This document shows, in pieces, positions 26,699 to 38,639 of a stretch of DNA of 64,000 nucleotides. The translations under genes were made by a program, and so were the position numbers. The DNA lies in contig OX597820.1 of the NCBI GenBank assembly GCA_951406725.2, positions 92,194,001 to 92,258,000 of the forward strand, written 5' to 3'. This DNA is from Octopus vulgaris. Taxonomy: Eukaryota. Numbering within the stretch: the stretch's first letter is position 1; each line of letters begins with the position of its first letter. Under the pieces are notes generated by a model, which did not search any database, was not told the origin of the DNA, and was given only the letters and a program-made list of their open reading frames with translations.

Positions 26699-27345
26699 AA
26701 GGGCTTAGTAAAATAAATTACTTTGCCGCATACTGAACTCATTAGAAATAGCAGCTAAAAAACTTTTTTAAAACTATTTCTAATACTTAAAGAAAACCTC
26801 TCTCATATAGTGTTTGCTCAATTCAACTCACGAAAGTATGGGGGTAAAGACATCAAAAAATCAAATGCAAAGGTTATTTGAGAACGTACGTTTCAAGATT
26901 AGTCAACACGACACTTCTATCATCAGCTCAGAAACTCCTTGGTTTGGATTTGAAAACACTGAAAGTGGGAGCATACCCTTTCGGCTTCTCATCGCTTCTG
27001 AAGATCTGCTCGCAACTAACAGTGCCAACAAACTCAAATATGCAAGCGAAGAATTTCTGTTCTCCCCTTTCCACCAGCGTGGGTTAAAATCAGTAAACAC
27101 TATGCTTATTTCGGTAAAATCCGAAGCATTAATTAGAGAGAGATTAATTATAATTTCAACAATTGAGGGTAAAATTAATTAATTATTAATCAATTTCACC
27201 AAGTGCTCAGTATGCAAAGGGACCATTTAAGGCGAATTTAAATTATTACATTATATAAAAGGGCTTAGTAAAATAAATTACTTTGCCGCATACTGAACTC
27301 ATTAGAAATAGCAGCTAAAAAACTTTTTTTAAACTATTTCTAATA
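26695..27345 (-). mobile_element. Terminally redundant non-coding hammerhead retroelement (560-bp monomer plus ~90-bp direct repeat)
   Basis: 26701-26785 equals 27261-27345 with one mismatch. Flanked by (TA)n and contains a hammerhead. Confidence 0.85.
26879..26930 (-). ncRNA. Minimal type I hammerhead ribozyme
   Basis: TGAG-CTGATGA-TAGAAGTGTCGTGTTGACTAATCTT-GAAA-CGTACG-TT-CTCA. The core is intact, stem I is 4 bp, stem III is palindromic (AACGTACGTT) and the cleavage triplet is GUU. Confidence 0.8.
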
Positions 27346-27764
27346 TATATATATTTGTATATATGTATATATATATGTGTGTGTGCGTGAGCGTGCGTAT
27401 GTGTGTGTGTGTCTGTACGTGCGACTTTATGTTTGTGCTTGTCCCACCATCATCGCTTGACAACCGGTACTGGTGTCTTTACGTCCCTATAAATTAGCGG
27501 TTCGGGGAAAAGGGATCGTTAGAGTATCACCTTTTTAAACAAATAATTTCAGGGGTCGGTACATTTGACTACAATTTCAAGGCAGTGCCCCAACATGACC
27601 GCTGTCAAGTGAATGAAACATATAAAAGATGAGCAATATGTGTGCGTGTGATGTGTGTGTGTGTATGTATGGATGGATAGATGGATGTACGAACGTATGT
27701 ATATATGTGTGTATGTGTGTGTGTGCGTGTGAGCGTGTGCACGTATGTAGTAACACACAGAAAC

Positions 27765-27900
27765 ATGAGCGCAGGCTTTCGGTTAGTAGCAGTAAGCCTT
27801 CAGTTTCAGTTCCACTGTGAGGTTCGTTCGGCTATCTACTACGGCCCCGGCCGCCCAATGATTCAAGAGTGAATTTGGAAGACAAAAACTGATCAAAAGT
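27765..27900 (+). mobile_element. SINE family B head fragment
   Basis: Diverged head followed by (TG)n. Confidence 0.6.
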
Positions 27901-28022
27901 TTGGTGTGTGTGTGTGTGTGTGTATGTGTGTGTATGTGTGTGTGTGTGTGTGAGTATGTGTGTGTGTGTTTGTGTGTGTGCATGTGTGTGTCTGTGTGTG
28001 TATGTGTGTGTGTGTGTTTTTG

Positions 28023-28060
<38 letters not shown>

Positions 28061-28569
28061 TGCTTTGCTCTCACTGCATGGCAACCGTGTAGACTTGATT
28101 ATGTCTTTGTAAAATCAAAAGTATAAAAAATATCATGGAATAAGTGCAAAGCTATAAATTGTTACTGAGTTGTGTTTTAATAGACTAAGTCGGCAGTGCC
28201 TTAGGTCTGGCACAGCCTTATGGATATAGCAAGAAACATTAAAAAAGTAAAATGATTAAATATTAAACAATGGCTGTTAGTCATAATCGAGACTACATGT
28301 GGCACGTACAACACTTTCCTTTATATGTTTTATATCCACATTTTTCGCGCCTTTGCACTGTTGACGTAACAAGATATCTAAGAATGAATAGCTGAAGGGA
28401 GTGTGTTGTACATCAATACTAGCTAAAACTCTTTTCAAGTCAGTAGACTGGGAGAATGTGAAATGAAATTGTCTTGATCAGTATGACCGCTGCCTGACCA
28501 GAGAATCGAATCACAACAAAGTGATCATCATACCCTATGTGTGTATGTATTCGAATCATTCTAGATATA

Positions 28570-28775
28570 TTCCTTCCAAATTTCGGCACAAAGGTTGGTG
28601 GGTAAATCGATTACATCGACGACGCCAGTGCTAAAATGGTTCTTATTTTACCCATTCCGAAGTTATGATGAGCAAATTCAGCCTCATCGGAATTTTTAAC
28701 CCAGGAAACAAAGACGAACGAAATGCCGCGAAGCATTTTACCGTGCAGTAGCGTTTCTGCCAGTTAGCCGCCGTA
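28570..28775 (-). mobile_element. SINE family A, diverged
   Basis: GAAATGCCGCGAAGCATTTT..CTGCCAGTTAGCCGCC. Confidence 0.75.
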
Positions 28776-30208
28776 GATCTTTCTTGATATATTCCGAAGC
28801 AAATTGTAAAATCGTAGTTAAAATAACACACAATTCATTAATCTCAAGTTAACAGATCAGCTATCTATAAAAGTGTGTGTATTTGAAACCAAAAAAAAAA
28901 ATACAAACTTGTTTCAATTTATCACAGAGCAGACTTTGGGTTGCATTCAGGAATGAAATGAATTGAAAGGGGGTGAATCCATATAATTATAAGCAGTATA
29001 TTCCCAGTTGGTTTTTTACATGTTGATTTAAATGCCCCTGCACCGAAATGTCACACCTGAAATCACAAAACTATGAAGGTAAATATTCAAGAGAATTAAT
29101 CAAATATTTGCGTATTACAATTAGACAGTCTATTTTCTCTCAAATGGGTGCATAAACCAGCTGACCAGAGAATAAATGAAATATACAAAGGCATATTTGT
29201 TTTTACTAGTCTGCTATCAAACTTTAGTAGTTGGAAATGATTGATACATCCAATAATCACCTTTAAATGTTAGATATAAGATCAAACTGATATGAAATAT
29301 AAAATTATATATCTAAACAAAGAAAGTGGTAAGTACAAAACCATTTGTTGCAAGCATCGGAGGAAAGTGTTTAGCAGACTCTTGAACACAAGAAAATATA
29401 CGGCAAGAACTAAAATATATAATAATGATAAATTATCAATCATCTATATTTGTAAATGAGAAATTTCAAAGTCGTATTGATATTTTAACATCCTGTCTCA
29501 GGACGGAATCCAAGCAGATATCAAACGAAATCATTGTAGAATCAATAAAACAGAACGTTTGAGGAAACAGTAGTCTTCAAACAGTAGAAGAGATAAAAAT
29601 AAAATAAAAAATCATATCTTTAGCATCTTCATCTCTAAAAATATTGTTCACTCTTTTTGAAATTGCATGCATTTAAGAAATAATCCCCTAGACAAAGTAA
29701 TTTAGAGACAAACAACAAAACGGGATATTCCAATATCAAATAAATATGTAGAAGCAAAATACTCACACACACGATGAATCGTGTCATCTACACAAGGGAA
29801 ATAAATATTTAATATCAATAAAAAATATATTTCCCTTCTATGCGTCTGCTTTCTTTACATGTGGGAGAAGCGCAAATTTATATTTTTTTCAAGTGAAATT
29901 ATGTAGATTAATCAATGAATACACACTGCATAATATCAATGGCCACATTATTATTCTGCTCAAAATACAACTAAAATATATTTTGCAAGCAAAAGCAAAA
30001 AAGCAAGCAAAAGTTTAAAAGTAAAAAACTATCCTGAGGCACCTTCAGAGAAGTAGGGAAAATTAACACCACATATCGATCACATAAGCCATCGATATTT
30101 ACGGCATCGTAAAACCCCGACTTAAAAGCATCCATAAATATAACTTTGCCCAAACATTATGGGCTGGCATGGCTATTGGAACCACTGCAGCCATACACAT
30201 ATACACAC

Positions 30209-30250
<42 letters not shown>

Positions 30251-30399
30251 GTACATACATTCATTCATACATATATGCATATATATATATATATATGTAC
30301 ATATATACATATACATATATATGCATATGCATACATATATATATGCACACACACATATATACATATATATATATACACACATATATATATACACACAAG

Positions 30400-30444
<45 letters not shown>

Positions 30445-30537
30445 ATATATAGTTGTATATTTGAGAGATGAGAAATTATGTACTTCATTTATACTATTTG
30501 CATTTGACGGATATTTGTCCTCATCTTTTTTGTTGTT

Positions 30538-30583
30538 AACACAATGTTTCAGCTGATATACTCTCCAGCCTTCATCAAGTATC
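30538..30583 (-). ncRNA. Degenerate minimal hammerhead in the Penelope pLTR
   Basis: GATAC-TTGATGA-AGGCTG-GAGAGTATAT-CAGCT-GAAA-C-ATT-GTGTT, with the first core C mutated to T. Confidence 0.65.
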
Positions 30584-31295
30584 CTGGGGAAATTTCGAAC
30601 CTATGTTCTCATTTCTAATGTATTTTCCCGATGTTAAGTGAGTCTAGATGTGATAACTGTTGACCAAAGCTCCGACTGATGAAGCACTATCGGTGATTCA
30701 ATAAAAACTGGTGACAGACACCGATCTAAAAGAATGCACTAATATGCCAATAGGAAACTTGATGGAAGTGCTAACGTTCTGTATAGATAATACCTACTTC
30801 AGAATAGACACTGTTATATATCGACAGGCTATATGGGTTCGCCATTATCATCGGTAATAGCTAATATATACATGGAATATTTTGAGAATTTGGCTTTAGG
30901 ATCAACGCCACTAAAACCAACCGCATGGCTGCGATATTTTGACGACACCTTTATACTCTGGCCCCATCAAGTACTGTTAGACCATGCGTACTCAATAAAG
31001 CCATCCATACAGTTCACAATGGGAAAGGGAAAAGGCAATCAACTAGCATTCCTGGACGTATCAATAATACGCACCAAGTATGGATCCAGGACATCCGTAT
31101 ACCGCAAGCCGACCTTCACTGGACGATACCTCAACTTCAATTCCCACCATCCATGCAGTGTACTAAATGGGAGACCACCCCCGTGGGATGAAGTTAAAAT
31201 AATAGACAGAGAACACAATAGGAAAATAAGAAAACTAAAAGAAGCAGCACATATGCTAAGACATAATAACCTCTTAAGCAAAACTAGTGCAGATA

Positions 31296-32590
31296 CGAGG
31301 GGCGTTCAATAAGTAATGCCCCTGACACAATTGCAGTTGTTTGATCTAGCTGAAATTTTGCATGTGCAATTATTATATCTTTATAGATTAAGTGGGAAAT
31401 TACAGCTCTGAACTAATTGTGATTTATTTCTGATTTACAGGTGTTTGAACTGAGTCAGGTGTGAAATGGAGCCTGTTGAGTGTCGAGCAGTGATCCGGTT
31501 TTTGTATTTGAAAGGACGCACACCACGGGAAACTTTTGATGAAATGAAAGTAACTTATGGTGATGATGCCCCATCATATGACCTTGTAAAACGCTGGCAT
31601 TGTGAATTCAAACTTGGTCGGAACTCTGTGGAAACAACTCCCAGATCTGGTCGCCCCCCTTCTGCCATTGATGAGGCATCTGTCCGTCAAGTTGAGGCTG
31701 CCATTTTGGAAGATCGACGCATAACTATTCGCCAAATAGCCCATGAAGTCAAGATTAGTACCGGGTCTGTGGAAACTATCATTCATGACCATTTACATAA
31801 GCAAAACGTGTCTGCCAGATGGATTCCCAGGTTGCTCACACCTTTCCAGAAGCAAGAACGCGTCGAATGCTCGAGGATAAATTTGGAGATGTGCCAAGAA
31901 GATGAGTCAAAATATTTCAAAAGACTGATTACACAGGATGAAACCTGGGTCCATCACTATGATCCAGAGACCAAAGCCCAGTCAATGCAGTGGAAGCGCC
32001 GTGACTCACCTCCTCCAAAGAAGGCAAGGGTGCAGCCCTCCGCTGGCAAGGTCACGCTCACGGTCTTCTGGGACCAGGACGGAGTAGTGATGACAGATTT
32101 TCTGGCAAAGGGTACCACAATTACAGGAGCCTATTATGCTTCACTTTTGAGGAAATTAAGAGAAGCTATCAAAATCAAGAGGCGGGGCAAGATCAGCAAA
32201 GGCATCCTCCTCCTACAGGACAACACTCCGGTCCACAACTCGCGTGTCGCCAGATCAAAAGCACAGGCGTGCGGCTATGAACTTCTCCCCCATCCCCCTA
32301 CTCTCCTGATCTTGCACCCTCTGATTTTCACCTCTTCCCAGCCATGAAGTTGCTTTTGAAAGGAAAGCGTTTACCAGATGATGCAGCCTTGATTTCTGAA
32401 GTCACGTCGTGGTTGGAGGACCAAGCTGGGGTCTTCTACAAAAACGGTATCCAGAGCTGCATCAAACGATGGGAGAAATGCGTAACTCTGGTTGGTTCCT
32501 ATGTAGAAAAAGACTAATACCTGTGCCGAGTTTTGTTGCTCTACTTCTATGGGAAGTGGGTCAGGGACATTACTTATTGAACGCCCCTCG
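31296..32590 (+). mobile_element. Full-length (1295 bp) DD34D mariner transposon, irritans-like
   Basis: 31-bp TIRs (31296-31326 and 32560-32590, one mismatch) and a TA TSD on both sides. Confidence 0.97.
31466..32517 (+). pseudogene. Mariner transposase with one frameshift (350 aa if repaired)
   Basis: WIPRLL, TQDETW and QDNTPVH motifs. YSPDLAPSDF..GSYVEKD* is in a shifted frame after a C run at 32294-32298. Confidence 0.95.
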
Positions 32591-33016
32591 TATGAGTAGC
32601 ATATGGGAACCGGTATTAAGGAAGGATAGGAAAATATTAGATTTATATGTCCTAAAATTTACTCTATAATTGTTCCCGGACATATGACGTAGTGGTTAAG
32701 AGTGCGGGCTACTAACACCAATATTCCGAGTTCGATTACAGACAATGACCAGAATAATAACAATAATAATAATAATAATAATGATGATGATGATAACATC
32801 GGAAGAATACCTTAGAACCCAGGTTCGAAATTTCCCCAGAAACGTTGTGGTAACAGCAAAGAAGGACAAATATCCGTCAAATGTAAATATATACATATAC
32901 ATGTATGTGTGTGTGTGTCATACATATATATGTATATATATAAGTCATGTATGTATGAGTAGCAAGTAAATCTACGCTAAAGATGCTGAATGTGTGAATA
33001 TATATATATACATAAT

Positions 33017-33450
33017 ATTACAACTAATAAGGGGAATGACCACTGAAGTGGATTCCTATATGATAGAGATAGACGTCAAATCGCCCTACCACAAAGAGAG
33101 TGTTCTCAAGAAAAAAAAAAAAACCAGCAAACGCCAAAATGTAAAAGATAAGCTAGGTAAATGGAAAATTTACAAAATAAAAGGATTACCTACGTATCAT
33201 GATTTCATTTTTAATACTTGCAAAATGCAAAATGCAAGTATCTGTAAAGCCTCAGCGAGAACACTCTCTTTGTGGTAAGGCGATTTGATGTAAGGCGATC
33301 TCTAACGTATAGGAATCAATTTTAGTGGTCATTCATCTTATTAATTGTAATTTAAATTTTTAAGTCTTCAGATTATTTTTTTAATATGCTAAACCACTGG
33401 TTTAAATTGATGTCGATTGATATCAATTTCTACCCTCATTATTTAATTTA
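33017..33450. mobile_element. (TA)n-flanked element with ~90-bp inverted arms, degenerate hammerhead and shared family motif
   Basis: Arms at 33017-33107 and 33257-33351, hammerhead-like sequence at 33190-33257 (-), motif at 33386-33437. Confidence 0.7.
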
Positions 33451-33451
33451 A

Positions 33452-33536
<85 letters not shown>

Positions 33537-36126
33537 TTACTGTGTGTTACTGACCATAATTGTGACGTGTTACTCTCAATAGGTAACTGAATTAACTGAA
33601 TTATGACCGAAGTATCTCAACCCTTGATCAGCACGTCTCTTTATGCCACTAGGACGAGCATTTACAAATGCATCTGCTTTTGTTTACTCAGTGGATATTG
33701 GACTTAAGATGTATCTAACAACTATATAGCTATGGGACCATATTGCATGAATATTTATCGCTCTGAATGCAATGAGAAATAGAAAGATGGAGAGAGAGAT
33801 CAAGAAGGAAAGTTAAACTCTAAATTTCACTTCCAAATATTCTTGGCACGAGAGAAAAAAATGCCATGTCGTCCGCGATTTGAAACACTAAAATATAAAA
33901 ATAAAAATTTTAAAAAATCTAGCGTAAACTTTATTACAGTATACCCATGAAATATTTAATAAGATAATTCTGACAACGACTCCTGGATATTCTGCGAACT
34001 TAATGCCCTTAAATTATCCAATTACAAGAAATGTGCTGGTCTCACAATGAACAGATTTGAATTACGATTCAAATAGTTATATGCTGTCAGCAGCACCACT
34101 CGTAATATTACTGAGGTAATATTGCATTGTAGAATGAACGAAGAAATTTTTAAATCCCATAGCAGATTTTGAAATATACAATACTATATAATCACGTCTA
34201 TAATTTCGACAGGCTTCGGATATTGGAGAAACGGCCTCACTCTTCTCCAACAGCAATATTTTTCACATTTCAGCAAGCATAGTCACACATATTCGGTTAT
34301 GAGATATCTAATACTACAAAGCTGCCAAAACGTCAAATATTACAAAAGAGTTTCTTTAATATCGGAATTTACTTCGTCTTTGGTCATAAGTTATTCAGGA
34401 TTTTAAATAATGTTCGCATTAAGTTTTCAACAATCAGAACTGCCGTAGAATTATCCTTTTATGACTATTTTCAATCCATGCCATTTTCTTTCTAGTCTTA
34501 AGCCTATTTTTTCATCTTCAGCCTCAGTATTATTATTGTTGGTGCTTTTTCTCTTTCCTTCTGTTTCACTTTACCATATTTTATTAATGCTTCATCTTTC
34601 AACACAGCTATTTGTTCTTTTTCAACTTCTAACTCCTTTTTTTTTCTTTGTTTTCTTTTATCTTTGGTTTCATTTTAATAATGTAGTATAACAAGGATAT
34701 GAACTCTTAAAATTTTGGCAGCTAGCAAAGGAAATTCTGCATTCTTCAGAAAGACAACACACACACATGCACACACACACACGTCTATATAAAAATGCAT
34801 ACACATGCAAAAACATATATATACATGTGTGTGAGTGTGTGCATGTATGTATTCATGTGTGTGAGTGAGTGTACGTGTGTGTTTGCATATGTATGTGTGC
34901 ATGTATTTGTGTGTGTGTCTGTGTGTGTCTGTTTGTGTATGCGTGCGTGTGTGTTGCTTGCCTCTTTAGAGGTTCAGCAAAAAGTGATCAATTCAGCGAA
35001 AGATAAATAGCATTTAATGAATACACTAGTTATACGCGAGTTGCTTCAAGTTTCATGCTTGGATAGTGTGATAACACTGATATGGCGTTACGTGCACCAT
35101 CCCAAAATCGTTTAGGGTCAGATAACGTAAATTACTCTGTAAGGAAATATGAGAAATAAAGAGGAAAAGGAAAATATAAAACGCCTTGGTAATGTTCCTT
35201 TAACCTCTTAAAAGAAGCTTATTGTTGGTTATATTGTTGTGTGTGTGTGTATTTGTGTGTGTGTGTGTGCGTGCGCGTATGTGTCCGTGTGTGCGTGTAT
35301 GTATGTTCGTTTGCGTATACATACATATATACATTTACAAATATTTGTATATCTATTCAACATTTATCTTCGCAGCATAGTGTCTTGCGCCTTGCAATAC
35401 AGCATGTATCTGTTCCCGGGATTGAAATTTTCTGTTGTGCTCACTTGTAGATATTATATATTACATATACTACTAAACAAATACACGAAGGGCGGTTCCT
35501 GTCCCTATAAATAGGGAGTAGGTACAAGAATTAAACCAAAACTGGTTATATTAAATAAAAACTAAATAGATAATTATTATCTACTTTATAAAGAGAAAAT
35601 GTGTAAGAATTAAATTTTCAAACAGAAGGGAAAATATACCAGCGAGTGTCGAACATTACACATACATACACATGCACAGACACACACGCCAGAGTACACA
35701 TAGAGACGTGCACACATACATGTATTTTATACACATATGCATATATGCGTGCGTGAGAAATTTTCACTAGGTGCTGTTGCTGCTTGTTTGTTTGTTGAGC
35801 GAATCGGTCTTCGTCCCGTCTGTAGTGGGAGAAGTTCGAAACGTGGTCCTTTGCTATTCGTAAGACCCGCAGAAAAGAAAACAGGTCAACCCCCGACACC
35901 GAGAGCATCGACGGATGGATGAATGCGCATCCAGGCTCAGCGGTTGCGTAGGAATTCGGGACAAGAAACATGAAGAAAGAGTGAGAGAAAGTTGGAGCGA
36001 AAGAGTACAACAGGGAGCCTCGTGGAGTTTTAGGTGTTTTCGCTCATGCTATTGCTGCTGCCACCTACAGTTGTTTCTTGAGTTAATGAGAGGAGACCCC
36101 TCATTATGATTATTATTATTATTATT

Positions 36127-37084
36127 GTCTTTGCACAGCTTCTAACGCTGGAGATATATTACAGTGTCAGCTGTTCACTACCAGTGAAATAAGGTAACGC
36201 CTCTTATTTTTCGAGCACATTCCGGAATATTCGAGCGGTTCCAAGCAGTGCTGTTTTCTGTAAGTGCTCCGCCCTTATTGCAGCCCCTATTTGTTCCCTG
36301 TACTTCTCGAGATTTTTGTTCACTATTCCCAGGGACCCGACAATTATTGGCACTACTGCTACCTTTTTCATCGACCACAACTGCTTAACTTCCCAAGCTA
36401 ACTTGTCATATCTATCAACTTTTCTTTCTTCCTTATCACCTAGCTTGCTGTCAGCTGGGCATTCTATATCTATGATCCATAGATAAGGTGGCGAGCTGGC
36501 AGAAACGTAAGCCCGCCGGGCAAAATGCGTAGCCGTATTTCGTCTGTCGTTACGTTCTGAGTTCAAATTCTGCCGAGGTCGACTTTACCTTTCACCCTTT
36601 CGGGGTCGATAAATTAAGTACCAGTTACGCACTGGGGTTGATGTAATCGACTTAATCCGTTTGTCTGTCCTTGTTTGTTCCCTCTATGTTTAGCCCCTTG
36701 TGGGTAGTCAAAAAAATATATATCTATGATCCAGTATAGTTTGTTGTCTTTCTCAATTTAGACTATGTCCGGCTTCCTACTCTATATCTCATGGTCGCAC
36801 AGAATCATAAAAACCCATATGATCTCCGCATCTCTATTTTCGACGATGCCTTCAGGTTTGTGGTCGTACCAATATTTTGCCCTCTCAAGTCCATACTTGT
36901 TGCAGAGTGTCCAACGGACAAGCGTGGCTATATTGTCCTGGCGTCTCTTATATTCCTTCTGAGCTAGTGCCGTACATTGGCTGGTAATATGCCATACGGT
37001 TATACCGTTTTGTCCACAGATTCTACACCTATCACATCCTGCTGTGCTGTCTATTCTGTTTTTTATGTATTTTGTTCTTAGTAC

Positions 37085-37085
<1 letters not shown>
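36127..37085 (-). mobile_element. R4/Dong-type LINE 3' fragment between (TTA)n tracts
   Basis: CRICGQNGITVWHITSQC, RKPDIV, WIIDIECPAD..KEERKVDRY, VPIIVGSLG, LQKTALLGTARI. Confidence 0.9.
36485..36715 (+). mobile_element. SINE family A inserted in the LINE
   Basis: TSD TATATCTATGATCCA. Confidence 0.92.
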
Positions 37086-37162
<77 letters not shown>

Positions 37163-37165
<3 letters not shown>

Positions 37166-37510
37166 TAGTTTTATTTTTATAGCGTGCTTTCACTTCACTA
37201 CCGAGCGCAGCTCTGTGTGCCTTGGGTATGTGCTGTGATTTGTTGTGATGCTCTGATGGTTATTGTATGGAAAGTGTTCTGCGTAGGATGTGTGCAGTGC
37301 CTAGTAGTGCAATTTTCTGTATGTTATATGTGTTTGTAAGTCCTGGTGTTTTTGTTATGTATTTGTCTGAATATTTTTTTATCATGCCTAATGCACCTAC
37401 TATGATAGGAATTGTTTCTGTTTTCAGATTCCACATTCTAGTTACCTCTATTTCCAGGTCTTTGTATTTTGAAAGTTTCTCCATTTCTTTTAGAGACACG
37501 TTGTGTCTCT
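37163..37510 (-). mobile_element. R4/Dong-type LINE 3' end between (TTA)n tracts
   Basis: KEMEKLSKYKDLEIEVTRMW..IPIIVGALG..IQKIALLGTAHILR. Confidence 0.9.
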
Positions 37511-38639
37511 TATTATTATTATTATTATTATTATAATTATTATTATTATTATGAGAGCTGTTTTCCTTATTCTTATGTATGTCTCTCTCTATATATATAT
37601 ATGCATGTATATATAAAATGTGTATATGCATATATATATATAATGAATTTTGCAGGAGAATAAAGCGTAACAAGACTTCTGGAATACTGATGGCATCCAT
37701 TAAGTCAGTGGTGGGGAAATATGAATGCTGTGAAGGATTTGAAAATACTGGGAAACAGGGAAGTGCACAACAACGTAGAAATGTCACGCAGTGAATGACA
37801 AATATACAAAATACGTAGAAATAAATACACTAATACATAAACTTATATGTATATGATTGTGTGTGAGTGTCTATCTGTCTGAGATTGTGTGTCTACGAGT
37901 GTGTATGTGAGTGTGTGAGTGTTGACCATAAACTGGAACACGGAGGAGATAACATCCTACAGCATGGATGGTATCCACTGGGTATCTGCTTTATATTCAC
38001 AGAGAAGCTTTGTAATTTGTCAACCACCTAGGGATTTGCAGTAATGTTGCAATAATATTGGACTATCCATTCAGAAATATAAAGCAAAGCTACTGATGGC
38101 AAACAGAGCTATTGAAGAACTAGGGAAAATAGTGAACACAAACCCCGGTGCAGAGCATTAATGGTGTGAACATTTTCATTTATATAAGCCGCGACATCGA
38201 TTATTTATGTAACCCTGTCTGAAATTAGGTGCAAACAAACACATACACACACTCAAATATACCATCTACAGATACATGAATGTGCAATCCTATGCACATT
38301 CACATTATCTAACCATGAGTAGATAACGGTTTCTTTGATACGAAAACATAATAATTAAAGTGACCTATATATCGTGCCTTGCGTCCTCAAGAAGTCTTTC
38401 AGGCTCAAATCAACAAGGCTGGTCTTATCTGGAAAACAGGACGCTGACCTAGTAGAAAACGATTGAAATAAACGATAAGATGGATACAAGAGGTGGAATG
38501 TGAGAAGATTTAACGATAAAAGAACACGTAAATACAAAAGGATTAATAGACAAAAACAAAGAAAACTGAATGTTGCACCCCCTTTTACAGTCGAAATCAT
38601 AACTAGCCAAACTGGTGTAGCATAATTCAAAGGTTACAT

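Larger units (their letters stand above)
26155..27630 (+). mobile_element. SINE family B interrupted in its internal microsatellite by the 650-bp hammerhead element
   Basis: Head at 26155-26315 and tail at 27420-27630. Confidence 0.85.
30450..32890 (+). mobile_element. Poseidon-like Penelope element, 5'-truncated and internally deleted, with inverted partial pLTR (30450-30635) and 3' pLTR (32678-32890); interrupted by a mariner
   Basis: MGSPLSSVIANIYME, WLRYFDDTF, FLDV, VYRKPTFTGRYLNFNSHHP, then GIY-YIG C-terminus WDEVKIIDRE..RKLKEA. GGACAAATATCCGTCAAATG is present in inverted orientation at both ends. Confidence 0.9.

Noticed and set aside
26154-26699. YIYI, HTHT and CVCV ORFs here and throughout the window
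   Set aside because: Stop-free dinucleotide repeats, not genes.
26814-27182. 122-aa ORF inside the hammerhead element
   Set aside because: Antisense to the ribozyme, TTG start and no recognisable motif. Probably chance, though its conservation across copies is worth a check.
26701-27345. LTR retrotransposon or TRIM
   Set aside because: The repeats lack TG...CA ends and there is no evident PBS, PPT or 4-6 bp TSD.
37579-37794. YECCEGF as an EMI/fasciclin-like motif
   Set aside because: Too short, with no supporting context.
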